A DNA stretch of 21,497 bases from Armatimonadota bacterium (GTDB lineage Bacteria > Armatimonadota > UBA5829 > DTLH01). Position 1 is the first letter of the stretch. Every line of letters starts with the position of its first letter. The stretch lies in NCBI GenBank assembly GCA_039680575.1, contig JBDKSP010000114.1, forward strand, positions 1 to 21,497. The letters are read 5' to 3'. The notes beneath the pieces are model-generated. The model worked only from the letters and a program-made list of their open reading frames with translations. It was not told the origin of the DNA and did not search any database. The translations under genes were made by a program, and so were the position numbers. This document shows positions 8,122 to 16,910 of the stretch, in pieces.

Positions 8122-9042
8122 TCATGTATCGCAAGGTTGCCGCACTAAATAAGTATACGCGCCGAGAGCCGCTTTTGCGCCATCTCCGGCAGCAATTATT
8201 ATCTGTTTTTGAGGGACATCCGTAACATCACCCGCCGCGAACAACCCCGGCACACCCGTCTCCGCAGCGCAATTCACTGGAATCTCGCCATATTTGTTGA
8301 GTTTTAGCAGGCCACCGAGAAAGCCTGTATTCGGTATCAGTCCTATCTCGACGAATACCCCTCTCACTTTCAGGCTGCGCTCCTCTCCCGACTTGGTATT
8401 TGCTATATTCAACCCCGTCACCATCACATCTCCGCGTATTTCTGTTGGCCTGGTGTCCAGGAGTATCTCTACATTATGTGAGGACTCTACTTTCCTGCGA
8501 AGTACCTCATCAGCGCGGAGGAACGAATCAGCTTCTATCAGGTAGACCCTGGGAGTAATCCTCATCAACTGGATCGCCGCATCCAGGCCTGAATTACCTC
8601 CCCCTATGACTGCCACTTCCATTCCGGCAAAGATCGGGGCGTCGCATGTAGAGCAGTAGCTCACGCCCTTACCCCTGAACTGGCGTTCGCCGGGAACATT
8701 CAGCATTCTTGGGGACTTCCCGGTGGCGATGACGACCGTTTTCGCCTCGAATTCCCGCATATCGTCGCACTCGATATTGAATCCGCCATCAATCTTGCGC
8801 AGGCGCTTTACCTCCGCGTATTCCAGTCTCAGATTAAAATAGCGCAGGTGGTCCTCGAACTTCTGTACGAGTTCGGGACCTGTAATGTATGTATAACCGA
8901 GATAATTCTCGATCTCCGCGCTCCAGGTGGTCTGCCCGCCTATATCCTTTGTGATGAGCAGGGTGTCGATCTGCTTACGCGCTGCATAGACACCCGCGGT
9001 CATCCCCGCAGGACCTGCGCCGAGGATGATTAGATCATGCAT
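8122..9042 (-). CDS. trxB: Thioredoxin-disulfide reductase (TrxB / AhpF C-terminal type)
   Basis: GAGPAG FAD motif, GVSYCSTCD redox CxxC, GGGNSG NAD(P)H motif, GLFAAGD. Confidence 0.92.
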   Translation of the reverse strand: MHDLIILGAGPAGMTAGVYAARKQIDTLLITKDIGGQTTWSAEIENYLGYTYITGPELVQKFEDHLRYFNLRLEYAEVKRLRKIDGGFNIECDDMREFEAKTVVIATGKSPRMLNVPGERQFRGKGVSYCSTCDAPIFAGMEVAVIGGGNSGLDAAIQLMRITPRVYLIEADSFLRADEVLRRKVESSHNVEILLDTRPTEIRGDVMVTGLNIANTKSGEERSLKVRGVFVEIGLIPNTGFLGGLLKLNKYGEIPVNCAAETGVPGLFAAGDVTDVPQKQIIIAAGDGAKAALGAYTYLVRQPCDT

Positions 9043-9057
9043 ATCCGCTCTCCCGGC

Positions 9058-9300
9058 TTACTGTTTCAGCAGCTCATCCAGTTTCGGCCTGTTGAACCCG
9101 ATTATAATGCTCCCATTCACCTCGATTACAGGAACACCCAATTGCCCGGACTTCTGGACCATCTCGTTCCTTGCGTCTATATCCGTCGCGACATCCTTTT
9201 CCGCAAACGAGATCCCTTTCTCCGCCAGATACCTTTTTGCCTGATGACAGTAAGGGCAATTCGGCGTACTATAGATAACAATATTCTTGTCTCCAGACAT
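9058..9300 (-). CDS. Glutaredoxin-like protein (YruB/NrdH-redoxin type)
   Basis: YSTPNCPYC active site, SGQLGVPVI cis-Pro motif, IIGFN; 80 aa; 15 nt upstream of trxB. Confidence 0.9.
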   Translation of the reverse strand: MSGDKNIVIYSTPNCPYCHQAKRYLAEKGISFAEKDVATDIDARNEMVQKSGQLGVPVIEVNGSIIIGFNRPKLDELLKQ

Positions 9301-9393
9301 AATGATTAGCTTCCTTTCATACTGATCGTCTTCGTCAAGTTTACCCCAACAGGTATGATTCTTAATATCGATGCTATTCTATTTATGTGTATA

Positions 9394-9410
9394 ATCTTTG
9401 TATCAAAGAT
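9394..9410. promoter_or_regulatory. Operator-like inverted repeat in the divergent grx/M48 intergenic region
   Basis: ATCTTTG-TAT-CAAAGAT overlaps TATAAT at 9390-9395. Outer arms TATTTATG 9380-9387 / CATAAATA 9411-9418. Confidence 0.45.
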
Positions 9411-9491
9411 CATAAATATATAGCTCAAATAATGGATGTTTTACTCAGTATTCACCGTCTAATGTAATAGATAATCAGGAGGTTCTGACAG

Positions 9492-10643
9492 ATGCGGCGA
9501 AAAAGATTGATTGCAGTCCTATTCATCTTCGTAATTGCGATTTTATCCGTACCGGTAATAGCCGCGAAGGATAAAGATATCGAGAGCGAAAAGGAACTCG
9601 GCAAAAAAACTGCCGCCGATACTGATAAGGTCCTTAAATTCGTCAAAGATGAAAAATACAATAAACGAGTCGAGCCGATCCTCCAGAAAATCTCATCAGT
9701 CGCTAAAACAACCAAGGTCAAGGCCACTTACGGCAGTGATAGACTTGCTGACTTCGATTACACTTTCAAGATAGTCGATGATGCTAGTGTCAATGCCGCC
9801 TCACTTCCGGCAGGCTATATTTATATCAACAAAGGCCTTATGGACAAAGTAGCGTCAGACGATGAACTAGCAGGAGTCATAGCGCATGAAGTTGCTCATG
9901 CCGCTCATCACCATGTGGTTCAATTACTAAAGAAACAAGGCCAGTTTACTCCGTATCTATATGCGCTTCTCGCTGCAGCGTTGTTAAGTCATTCCGATGA
10001 CCTTGAAAATGTCTATATGGGTGTTTCTATGCTTGGAACATCGCAAATGAGCGAGTACTCACAGGTGGCGGAGGAAGATGCTGATAAAACAGCAATCGAA
10101 TATATGATCAAGGCAAATTACAACCCGATCGGGATGCTGACATTTATCGAGAAACTTGCGAGAGAAGATGCCTATAACCCTGTCGATTACGGAGTGTATA
10201 TGAACCACCCGTACAGCAAAGCGCGAGCTGATTATCTGATAGCTGAACTCAAAAAGCGAAACATCCCTATCAATCGCAGGGCTGTAACTAACACGATGAT
10301 AGCTGCGGCAAAAGAGACTTCGATCGGTGAGAAGAAGGTTTTCCAGGTGGTTGTCGACGGCAGAGTTATCTTCGACGCTGCGGATACACCTAATGCGACA
10401 TCTGCAAACCGCGCAAAATCAATAGCTGATAAGCTCAATCAGATGTTCGATACAAACCCTGAAATACGTGATGTCAAGTTAGGCAGTGCAGACACATCAG
10501 TATATATCAAAGATCAACTCATTGTGGATATCCAGCAGGATGATGCAGACCTCAAGTCCACTTCCAGGGAGGCTCTAGCCGCAGCAGTAAAAGATGCAAT
10601 CCAGGCCGTTCTGCTCTCCGAAGACTTGAATTTAATGTATTGA
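9492..10643 (+). CDS. Secreted M48-family zinc metalloprotease (BepA/YfgC-like) with a C-terminal extension
   Basis: Signal peptide, VNAASLPAGYIYI, ELAGVIAHEVAH (HExxH), EEDAD, NHP...R. RBS AGGAGG. Confidence 0.88.
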   Translation: MRRKRLIAVLFIFVIAILSVPVIAAKDKDIESEKELGKKTAADTDKVLKFVKDEKYNKRVEPILQKISSVAKTTKVKATYGSDRLADFDYTFKIVDDASVNAASLPAGYIYINKGLMDKVASDDELAGVIAHEVAHAAHHHVVQLLKKQGQFTPYLYALLAAALLSHSDDLENVYMGVSMLGTSQMSEYSQVAEEDADKTAIEYMIKANYNPIGMLTFIEKLAREDAYNPVDYGVYMNHPYSKARADYLIAELKKRNIPINRRAVTNTMIAAAKETSIGEKKVFQVVVDGRVIFDAADTPNATSANRAKSIADKLNQMFDTNPEIRDVKLGSADTSVYIKDQLIVDIQQDDADLKSTSREALAAAVKDAIQAVLLSEDLNLMY

Positions 10644-10648
10644 TCCGA

Positions 10649-11146
10649 TCACAGATAGCGCTCTGTTAATGTATCGAACTCCTCGGACACTGTCGGGGCA
10701 GGCAGCATATGCACTGCAAGCGCCTGAGTTCTCAACTCCACAGCCCAGCAGTTCTCTTCCTCGTCGTCTATCAGCATATGAATATCTTTATCCAGGACGA
10801 CCTGGGCTTTATAATCGGGGATAGTATGGGGCCAATCGATAGGTTTCATTATCATCCAGTGGTATCTTATGCGGAGCGCAGCCAGAAACTCCTCCGTCTC
10901 CTGTCTTCGCCCTGCATCGCGGGCTGTAATGATGTAGACCACATTCCCTGCTGTTATCAACGCGTTGATCAAACGCTGGAAATGCCTGGGGGCACGTGAT
11001 ATGGTCCCGTCTATATCTATTCCGAACCTGAGATAGCTCCTAACGGGAGTCTTTCTACCCGCTCCGGGTTCGTCTTTCCACGAAACTATTTTTTGTGCCT
11101 CGTCGTCATCGGCCAAAGGAAACTCGAACTGTGGAAATTCCATCAA
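10649..11146 (-). CDS. Small capless HAD-superfamily phosphatase-like protein
   Basis: Motif I GIDIDGT, motif II IITAR, motif III Lys (DYKAQ), motif IV LIDD. RBS GGAGG; start at TTG 11146 or ATG 11143. Confidence 0.7.
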   Translation of the reverse strand: MMEFPQFEFPLADDDEAQKIVSWKDEPGAGRKTPVRSYLRFGIDIDGTISRAPRHFQRLINALITAGNVVYIITARDAGRRQETEEFLAALRIRYHWMIMKPIDWPHTIPDYKAQVVLDKDIHMLIDDEEENCWAVELRTQALAVHMLPAPTVSEEFDTLTERYL

Positions 11147-11256
11147 AACAATACCTCCAGTTGTAATCTACCCGGAGGTAATCTTCAGTCACACGTTAGA
11201 GATTATATTGTTCCGTTACAGCAGTAAAACCGTGCCTGAAAGCTATACAGGATTGC

Positions 11257-11544
11257 CTACCAGTTCAGAAGGAACCTGGTCATGAGCCACCAAAGAGCAC
11301 TGCTCGCTACAAAAGTAGTACCCAAGTATGCCAGGTCCGTCTTGGCCGTTTTGCGGTCTTCCGGCTCGCCAAAAAGGAGTAATAACTCTATCATTCCCAG
11401 AAGCCCGCTCCCAACCATCGCTAGAAGCGGAATCAATGGAATGACAAGCACCAGCAGATTGGTCATCCCCCACACAACGAAGAGGACAGTGACCATAATC
11501 GCTATAACAACCAAACCAAGTAGAAGTATAGTTAATGCAAACAT
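11257..11544 (-). CDS. Small integral membrane protein (about 3 TM), hypothetical
   Basis: Very hydrophobic 95 aa ORF with an AAGGA RBS, starting 10 nt downstream of the GTPase stop. Confidence 0.65.
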   Translation of the reverse strand: MFALTILLLGLVVIAIMVTVLFVVWGMTNLLVLVIPLIPLLAMVGSGLLGMIELLLLFGEPEDRKTAKTDLAYLGTTFVASSALWWLMTRFLLNW

Positions 11545-11554
11545 AAATCCTTAC

Positions 11555-12550
11555 CTACACATGCAACTCAATGACGTCCTTGTCTTCCAACTCCTGGTCA
11601 CGCCCGGCCATCATACCGTCGGGCTTACTCTTTCCCCAGGCTCTTGCAAACCTCAACTTATAAACGAACTCTTTATGTACTGACGCAGCCAGATCAGCTA
11701 CAGTGCTGCCTTTTTTCAAAACAAATGGACGATTATAATCCGGCGGCTTACCAGGAATTTTCGTATAAACCCTTACAACACCCAGAAGCTCGAACAACCG
11801 CTGTTTCAAATCCTCCAGGCCTTTTCCCGTCAGGGCTGATACGGGTATTACCGGCAGTTCCGAGTTGTAAAGCTCGTAAAATATCGCAAGATTCTCTTCC
11901 GCTCCAGGCTGATCGAGCTTATTGGCTGCTATTATCGCCGGACGAAAGACGGTCCCCACAGGATACTCCCCCGCCGGAGGGTCCTGTCCCGGCGCTATAA
12001 GCCGCACCTTACCCCGAATGAGCTCACTTTTAATATTCTCTATGTCATCCAGTATCGTGCCGCCCACGAGGTCGAGAACAATCGCAACGGCATCAGCCGC
12101 TCTGACGATAGCGATTACCCACGGCTCGGTCGAATCTTCTGTAATCGGAGGAATATCGACCAATTGGACAAGAATATCCTCGTATTCCATCATTCCCGGT
12201 ACCGGGTGGCGTGTCGTAAACGGGTAATTTGCTATTTCCGGCTCAGCTGCGGTCAGCCTTCTCACAATAAGCGACTTCCCGGAATTCGGCGGACCAGCAA
12301 TCACGACCTGGCCGGCGCCTTCCTTCTTGATGTTATATTCAAGTCCTATTTTCACCGGACCGGCGGACTTGTCCTTCTGGCGAAGCTTGGCAATGCGGCG
12401 TTTTATATCCGCGCGCATCTTCTCCGTCCCCTTATGCTTGGGGATGACGGCCATCATCTCATCCAGGGCTCCCAGCTTTTCTTCTGTCGTTTCGGCAACC
12501 CTGAATTTTGCCTCCGCTTCCAGATACTGAGGTGTCAGATTTGCAGGCAA
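11555..12550 (-). CDS. DRG-like OBG-family GTPase with C-terminal TGS domain
   Basis: MPANL...PKHKGTEK N-terminus; G1 GPPNSGKS, G2 YPFTT, G3 DIPP, G4 NKLD, G5 VSA; TGS RVYTK...GSTV..LA..VH...LEDKDVIELH. TTG start after GGAG. Confidence 0.88.
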   Translation of the reverse strand: MPANLTPQYLEAEAKFRVAETTEEKLGALDEMMAVIPKHKGTEKMRADIKRRIAKLRQKDKSAGPVKIGLEYNIKKEGAGQVVIAGPPNSGKSLIVRRLTAAEPEIANYPFTTRHPVPGMMEYEDILVQLVDIPPITEDSTEPWVIAIVRAADAVAIVLDLVGGTILDDIENIKSELIRGKVRLIAPGQDPPAGEYPVGTVFRPAIIAANKLDQPGAEENLAIFYELYNSELPVIPVSALTGKGLEDLKQRLFELLGVVRVYTKIPGKPPDYNRPFVLKKGSTVADLAASVHKEFVYKLRFARAWGKSKPDGMMAGRDQELEDKDVIELHV

Positions 12551-12684
12551 TGTCGTTTCTCCACACTCTGTATACTATAATACACGCCTTTTGTCCTCCT
12601 TGACCAGTTTGGATAAGCTAGTAACAAGGGTACAAGACTACGTCTGCATGGCACAATCGTTATTCCCGTAATGAGGCTGAAAGA

Positions 12685-13428
12685 ATGCGAAAAACACTAT
12701 TATTATTGTTTTTACTGATCGCAGCGCCCGCGATGGCGCAGCTTCGTGCTCCGGTCCAGTATTCTCTGCTCAGCGAGTCTCACGGTGATGTCGAGCTTGG
12801 CTGGTATGCATCCAGCGATGAATACAAATACATCGCGGATGTAAACCTTGCGTTCGATTTCGGCTCATGGAAGGATGCGCGGTTCAACTTTCGGGGAGGT
12901 ATCCTGACCCTTGTAAAGACAACCGATGATGATAATTTCCAGCCGGACCGATATCGCGGCACTCTGGAGCCTGCAGTATACCTTATGCGCAGCAATAGGG
13001 TCTATTCTTTCTCAATCAGGCATCAGTCGTTTCATACGATAGACCGTGAGCCGGTGTTCGAGGAGTCCTATGAGTTGTACAACGTAAGTTATCAGCTAAG
13101 GGGGCAGCCGAATTTAACATTCGCCGTAGGAAAGTATATGAACACCGCGGATGTCGATTATAACTGGGACCTTTTCGCCGAAATAGACACTAGTTGCATC
13201 GGCAGTTGCCGCTATGGACGTTTTTACACGGACCTGATCGGGCATTATGTCGATGAAGACGGGGACCTTTCTTCGAGAAGTTCCTTTTTCGATTACAACA
13301 TAGAGGCCGGGATCCAGACCGAAGCTGGTGTCAGATACTTCACCGCATACAGGGTCATCCATGACATAAACCAGTTCGACGGGATCACCGATCACCAATG
13401 GGTCTTCGGGTTAAAGTATATCTGGTAA
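12685..13428 (+). CDS. Secreted hypothetical protein, probable outer-membrane beta-barrel
   Basis: Signal peptide ending in AMA, aromatic-rich amphipathic strands, C-terminus WVFGLKYIW. Confidence 0.65.
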   Translation: MRKTLLLLFLLIAAPAMAQLRAPVQYSLLSESHGDVELGWYASSDEYKYIADVNLAFDFGSWKDARFNFRGGILTLVKTTDDDNFQPDRYRGTLEPAVYLMRSNRVYSFSIRHQSFHTIDREPVFEESYELYNVSYQLRGQPNLTFAVGKYMNTADVDYNWDLFAEIDTSCIGSCRYGRFYTDLIGHYVDEDGDLSSRSSFFDYNIEAGIQTEAGVRYFTAYRVIHDINQFDGITDHQWVFGLKYIW

Positions 13429-13519
13429 GCTCTCTATTCCGGCAACAGCCGGTTACTCAAGACCAGCTATTGCTGTGTTGTTAAGAGAACAGCTGAGAAT
13501 CCATAGGAGGCAGGATAAA

Positions 13520-14071
13520 ATGAAACGGAGCAGTCTGATTATACTTACAGTGTTGGCTTGTTTGTTTATCGCCGGGTCCGCAGGCGCTCAGTATGAGTAT
13601 TACGGGGAAGATTACGATATTTACAACCCCAGGTGGAGCGTCCATGCGGGCTTCGTATGGTTGAGCGGAGATATCGAAGATGACACCAGTTGGCTGATCG
13701 GGCTTGATTATGAGTCGCCCGTCGGCGCGCAGTACAGAGATACTGTGAACGACTACTTCACAGTCAGTTTCGATTATATCCCGATCAGTACTAATACAAC
13801 AGGAGATGAAAGCATTATCCCGCTTTTGATAGGCTTTAGAAAATACGGGATTATACCCCCGATTAAAGTCTATTTCGGTATTGGCATCGGGACAAGGTGG
13901 GCAAGCGAGGACATCCCCGAACTCCAGATAGACGACGGGTTCGATTTTGCATGGTCAGCAAGCATCGGGTTCAATTTTACACCGGACTTTCTCGGCCAGG
14001 CTCGCTTCATAGGGGGTAGTGAACCCGATGAAGACGGTGTATTCTCCCTTGAACTTGGGTACAGATTTTAG
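13520..14071 (+). CDS. Small outer-membrane beta-barrel protein (8-stranded OmpA-TM-like size)
   Basis: AGGAGG/AGGA before ATG 13520, signal peptide ending in AGA, strand YFGIGIG, BamA-type C-terminus FSLELGYRF. Confidence 0.75.
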   Translation: MKRSSLIILTVLACLFIAGSAGAQYEYYGEDYDIYNPRWSVHAGFVWLSGDIEDDTSWLIGLDYESPVGAQYRDTVNDYFTVSFDYIPISTNTTGDESIIPLLIGFRKYGIIPPIKVYFGIGIGTRWASEDIPELQIDDGFDFAWSASIGFNFTPDFLGQARFIGGSEPDEDGVFSLELGYRF

Positions 14072-14115
14072 AAGTTGATTCTGTTTTTAGATAGATTGGC
14101 CGTGGAACGGAGGTA

Positions 14116-14358
14116 ATGCCAGTGGGTTTTCAGGATGAGGCTCTTGCACAAATGGTCAGGCACGCCATAAGCCGTGATAAACGCATAGGGGGGCAACCCA
14201 TAATGGTAAGAGCGGCAAACGGCGAAATATCACTCAAAGGACGAGTCGATACTCCGGAGCAGCGCGAGCTTGCAATGCTCGTAGCCCAGGGGATTCCGGG
14301 TGTACGAAATGTAGCCATCGATGAACTGCTGGTGAAGGAGGACGTCGAAGCCCAATGA
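14116..14358 (+). CDS. Single BON-domain protein, no signal peptide
   Basis: D.AL...V..AI..D, V.A.NGEISLKGRV, A..VA..IPGVRNV pattern. RBS GGAGG. Stop overlaps the next start (ATGA). Confidence 0.8.
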   Translation: MPVGFQDEALAQMVRHAISRDKRIGGQPIMVRAANGEISLKGRVDTPEQRELAMLVAQGIPGVRNVAIDELLVKEDVEAQ

Positions 14359-16784
14359 GTTACGGTCAATTTTCAGAAAACGGAAGAGAATACATCATCA
14401 ACAGGCCGGATACTCCCAGGCCCTGGATCAACTATCTTTCAAATGGCCGGTACTGCGCTCTTTGCTCTCATACGGGTGGAGGTCACTCGTTTTATGAGAC
14501 ATCGGGTTACAACAGGATTACCAGGGAATATCCTCCTATCGTCGTGCAGCGAGACAGGCCGGGACGATATATCTACATCAGGGACAAAGAGACCGGCGAT
14601 TACTGGAGTGCGACCTGGCAGCCGGTATGTAAAGACGGCGGCAAGTTCGAGGCCAGGCATGGCATCGGATATACCAGGGTCAATTATTCGTACAGTGATA
14701 TAGACAGCGAAACCACATACTTCGTGCCGCCGAGAGACGATGTCGAAGTCTGGATGGTACGCATCAAGAATAACAGCGACAGGACCAGAAAACTCCAGTT
14801 ATTTCCTTATGTCGAATGGGACCTTGCAAACTATTCATATAACCTTTCAGAAGCCCAGTTCTCCAAGCTGTTCAATGAATCGTCCGTCGAAGACAACATC
14901 ATATTTGTCAGCACCAGGTTCTGGAACATCACATCTCCAGGCGCAGGAAACCCAAATACGCGGTGGGACAAGTACGCATTCATGGTATCGAGCCTGGAGA
15001 CTGCCGGTTTCGACTGTTTCGAGGAATCTTTTTTGGGGATGTATCGCGGCTGGCACAATCCACGCGCCGTCGTCGAAGGAAAGTGCGGAAACAGCCAGGG
15101 CGGCGGACAAGATGTCATCGGCGCTTTCCAGCATGAGCGCGAACTGGCTCCAGGAGAAGAAATCAGGTTTGTTGTCCTGGTCGGGGTCGCATATCGAAAA
15201 GACGACGCCAAGGTATTCAAAGGCAGGTATGCTAGTTGGCAGGAAGCTGAGCGGGCACTTGCCGAAGTTTCGATCTACTGGGACAGCTACCTGTCACGCA
15301 CGACTTGCGAGACTCCTGACAAAGATTTCGATATTTCATTCAACACCTGGAACAAATACCAAGCCTGGGTGACATCGCGCTGGTCGCGGATGGATTCATA
15401 TTATGTCGGCGGGGGATCGATCATCGGCTTTAGAGACAGTTGGCAGGACATGCTTGCTATCCTTCCGAACGACCTGGAATGGTCCCGGCAGCGCGTCATT
15501 TACCTGCTTGAGCACCAGTTCCCGGATGGCAGCACTCTCCACAACTGGGACCCGCTGACTAACATCGGCGTTAGGACAGGCCACTCGGATGACCCGATGT
15601 GGCTTGTGCTTGGTGTCACCGAATACCTGAAAGAATCCGGTGACCTGGTTTTTCTGGATGAAGCGGTACGCTACTACGACACTGGCGCGGAAACCGTAAG
15701 GCAGCATGTCCTGCGGGCGCTGGACTACACGCTTGCTCATATGAGCGAGCGAGGTATTCCGCTCATCATGGCGGCTGATTGGAACGACGGACTCGATTAT
15801 GTTGGCAGGCAGGGACGTGGTGAGACTACGATGGTAGCTGCTCACCTTGCCTGGATGTTGAGAGAAGTCTCGATGCTCCTCTGGTTTACCGGCAGCGACA
15901 CAATCGCAGAAAAGTACAGCGAGGAGCGTGATAAGCTCATCCGAAATATAAACGAGCACCTCTGGGACGGCAATTGGTATATAAGGGGCACCAGGGACGA
16001 CGGTGAGGCGTATGGCAGTGCGAGAAACCTCGAAGGCCGTATATACCTGAACGCGCAGAGCTGGCCTGTTCTGGCCGCCGCAGCACCCCATAACCGGGGG
16101 ATACGCGCAATGGACTCAGTCAAACGGTATCTTGACACGGATTATGGTCCGGCGCTGTTCCTTCCAGCTTACAGTGAGCCCGATCCCAAGCTTGGGATAA
16201 TATCAAGGTTCGCACCGGGCACGAAGGAAAACGGCACGGTCTTCTGCCATCCTGTAGCCTGGGCAATTATGGCCGAATGCGTGCTCGGAAGAGGCGACAG
16301 GGCTTTCGAGATATGGAAAAACTCTTCATTCGTCGAACGAGGCAAACAGCCGGATATATATAAGGCTGAGCCGTATGTCTACGCCGAGTACGTCCACGGG
16401 CCCGATTCTCCCAATTATGGCCAGGGTGAATTTTCATGGCTTACGGGAACTGCCGCGTGGATGTGGAAAGTCAGTATGGACTGGATACTGGGAATTCGCG
16501 CGGAGCTTCGCGGACTGCTTGTCGATCCATGCATTCCGTCTGACTGGGACGGGTTCAAGATGACAAGAAGGTACCGGCGCGCGGCTTATGAGATCGAAGT
16601 GACCAATCCGAACCATGTGAACAACGGTGTGGCCGAAATCACAGTAGACGGCAAGAGCTGGGAATCGCATCTGCTTCCCGTGTTTTCTGACGGTAAGACC
16701 CACATTGTTAAGATCAGAATGGGGACTTCAGCCGAAGAACTGGAAGTCCCTGCAGAACTGATGTCACAAAGGACAAGAGAGTAA
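14355..16784 (+). CDS. GH94 glycoside phosphorylase (cellobiose/chitobiose/cellodextrin phosphorylase family)
   Basis: YG.F...GREY.I...DTPRPWINYL, GRYIYIRD, RHGIGYT, GFRDSWQD, catalytic ADWND, GTKENG, WLTGTAAW, DPCIP. Confidence 0.92.
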   Translation: MSYGQFSENGREYIINRPDTPRPWINYLSNGRYCALCSHTGGGHSFYETSGYNRITREYPPIVVQRDRPGRYIYIRDKETGDYWSATWQPVCKDGGKFEARHGIGYTRVNYSYSDIDSETTYFVPPRDDVEVWMVRIKNNSDRTRKLQLFPYVEWDLANYSYNLSEAQFSKLFNESSVEDNIIFVSTRFWNITSPGAGNPNTRWDKYAFMVSSLETAGFDCFEESFLGMYRGWHNPRAVVEGKCGNSQGGGQDVIGAFQHERELAPGEEIRFVVLVGVAYRKDDAKVFKGRYASWQEAERALAEVSIYWDSYLSRTTCETPDKDFDISFNTWNKYQAWVTSRWSRMDSYYVGGGSIIGFRDSWQDMLAILPNDLEWSRQRVIYLLEHQFPDGSTLHNWDPLTNIGVRTGHSDDPMWLVLGVTEYLKESGDLVFLDEAVRYYDTGAETVRQHVLRALDYTLAHMSERGIPLIMAADWNDGLDYVGRQGRGETTMVAAHLAWMLREVSMLLWFTGSDTIAEKYSEERDKLIRNINEHLWDGNWYIRGTRDDGEAYGSARNLEGRIYLNAQSWPVLAAAAPHNRGIRAMDSVKRYLDTDYGPALFLPAYSEPDPKLGIISRFAPGTKENGTVFCHPVAWAIMAECVLGRGDRAFEIWKNSSFVERGKQPDIYKAEPYVYAEYVHGPDSPNYGQGEFSWLTGTAAWMWKVSMDWILGIRAELRGLLVDPCIPSDWDGFKMTRRYRRAAYEIEVTNPNHVNNGVAEITVDGKSWESHLLPVFSDGKTHIVKIRMGTSAEELEVPAELMSQRTRE

Positions 16785-16868
16785 ACGCGCCTCAAAGGGA
16801 GATGGTAGTCAGGGGTTAAGAACTGATATTAAGTGTTGAATGCCGAATGCCCATGACCGCCATCTCCC

Positions 16869-16910
16869 AACCCCTATCCCTCAGATGTAATCCAGGGGTT
16901 CATTTTTATT
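16869..16910 (+). terminator. Possible intrinsic terminator after GH94
   Basis: AACCCCT 16869-16875 / AGGGGTT 16894-16900 followed by CATTTTTATT. The large 18-nt loop weakens the call. Confidence 0.35.

Noticed and set aside
13475..13519. GTG start for the small beta-barrel gene
   Set aside because: The signal peptide and RBS point to ATG 13520.
14740..16091. 210-aa (+, alternative frame) and 231-aa (-) ORFs inside GH94
   Set aside because: Fully overlap an intact GH94 gene; composition is typical of off-frame translations.
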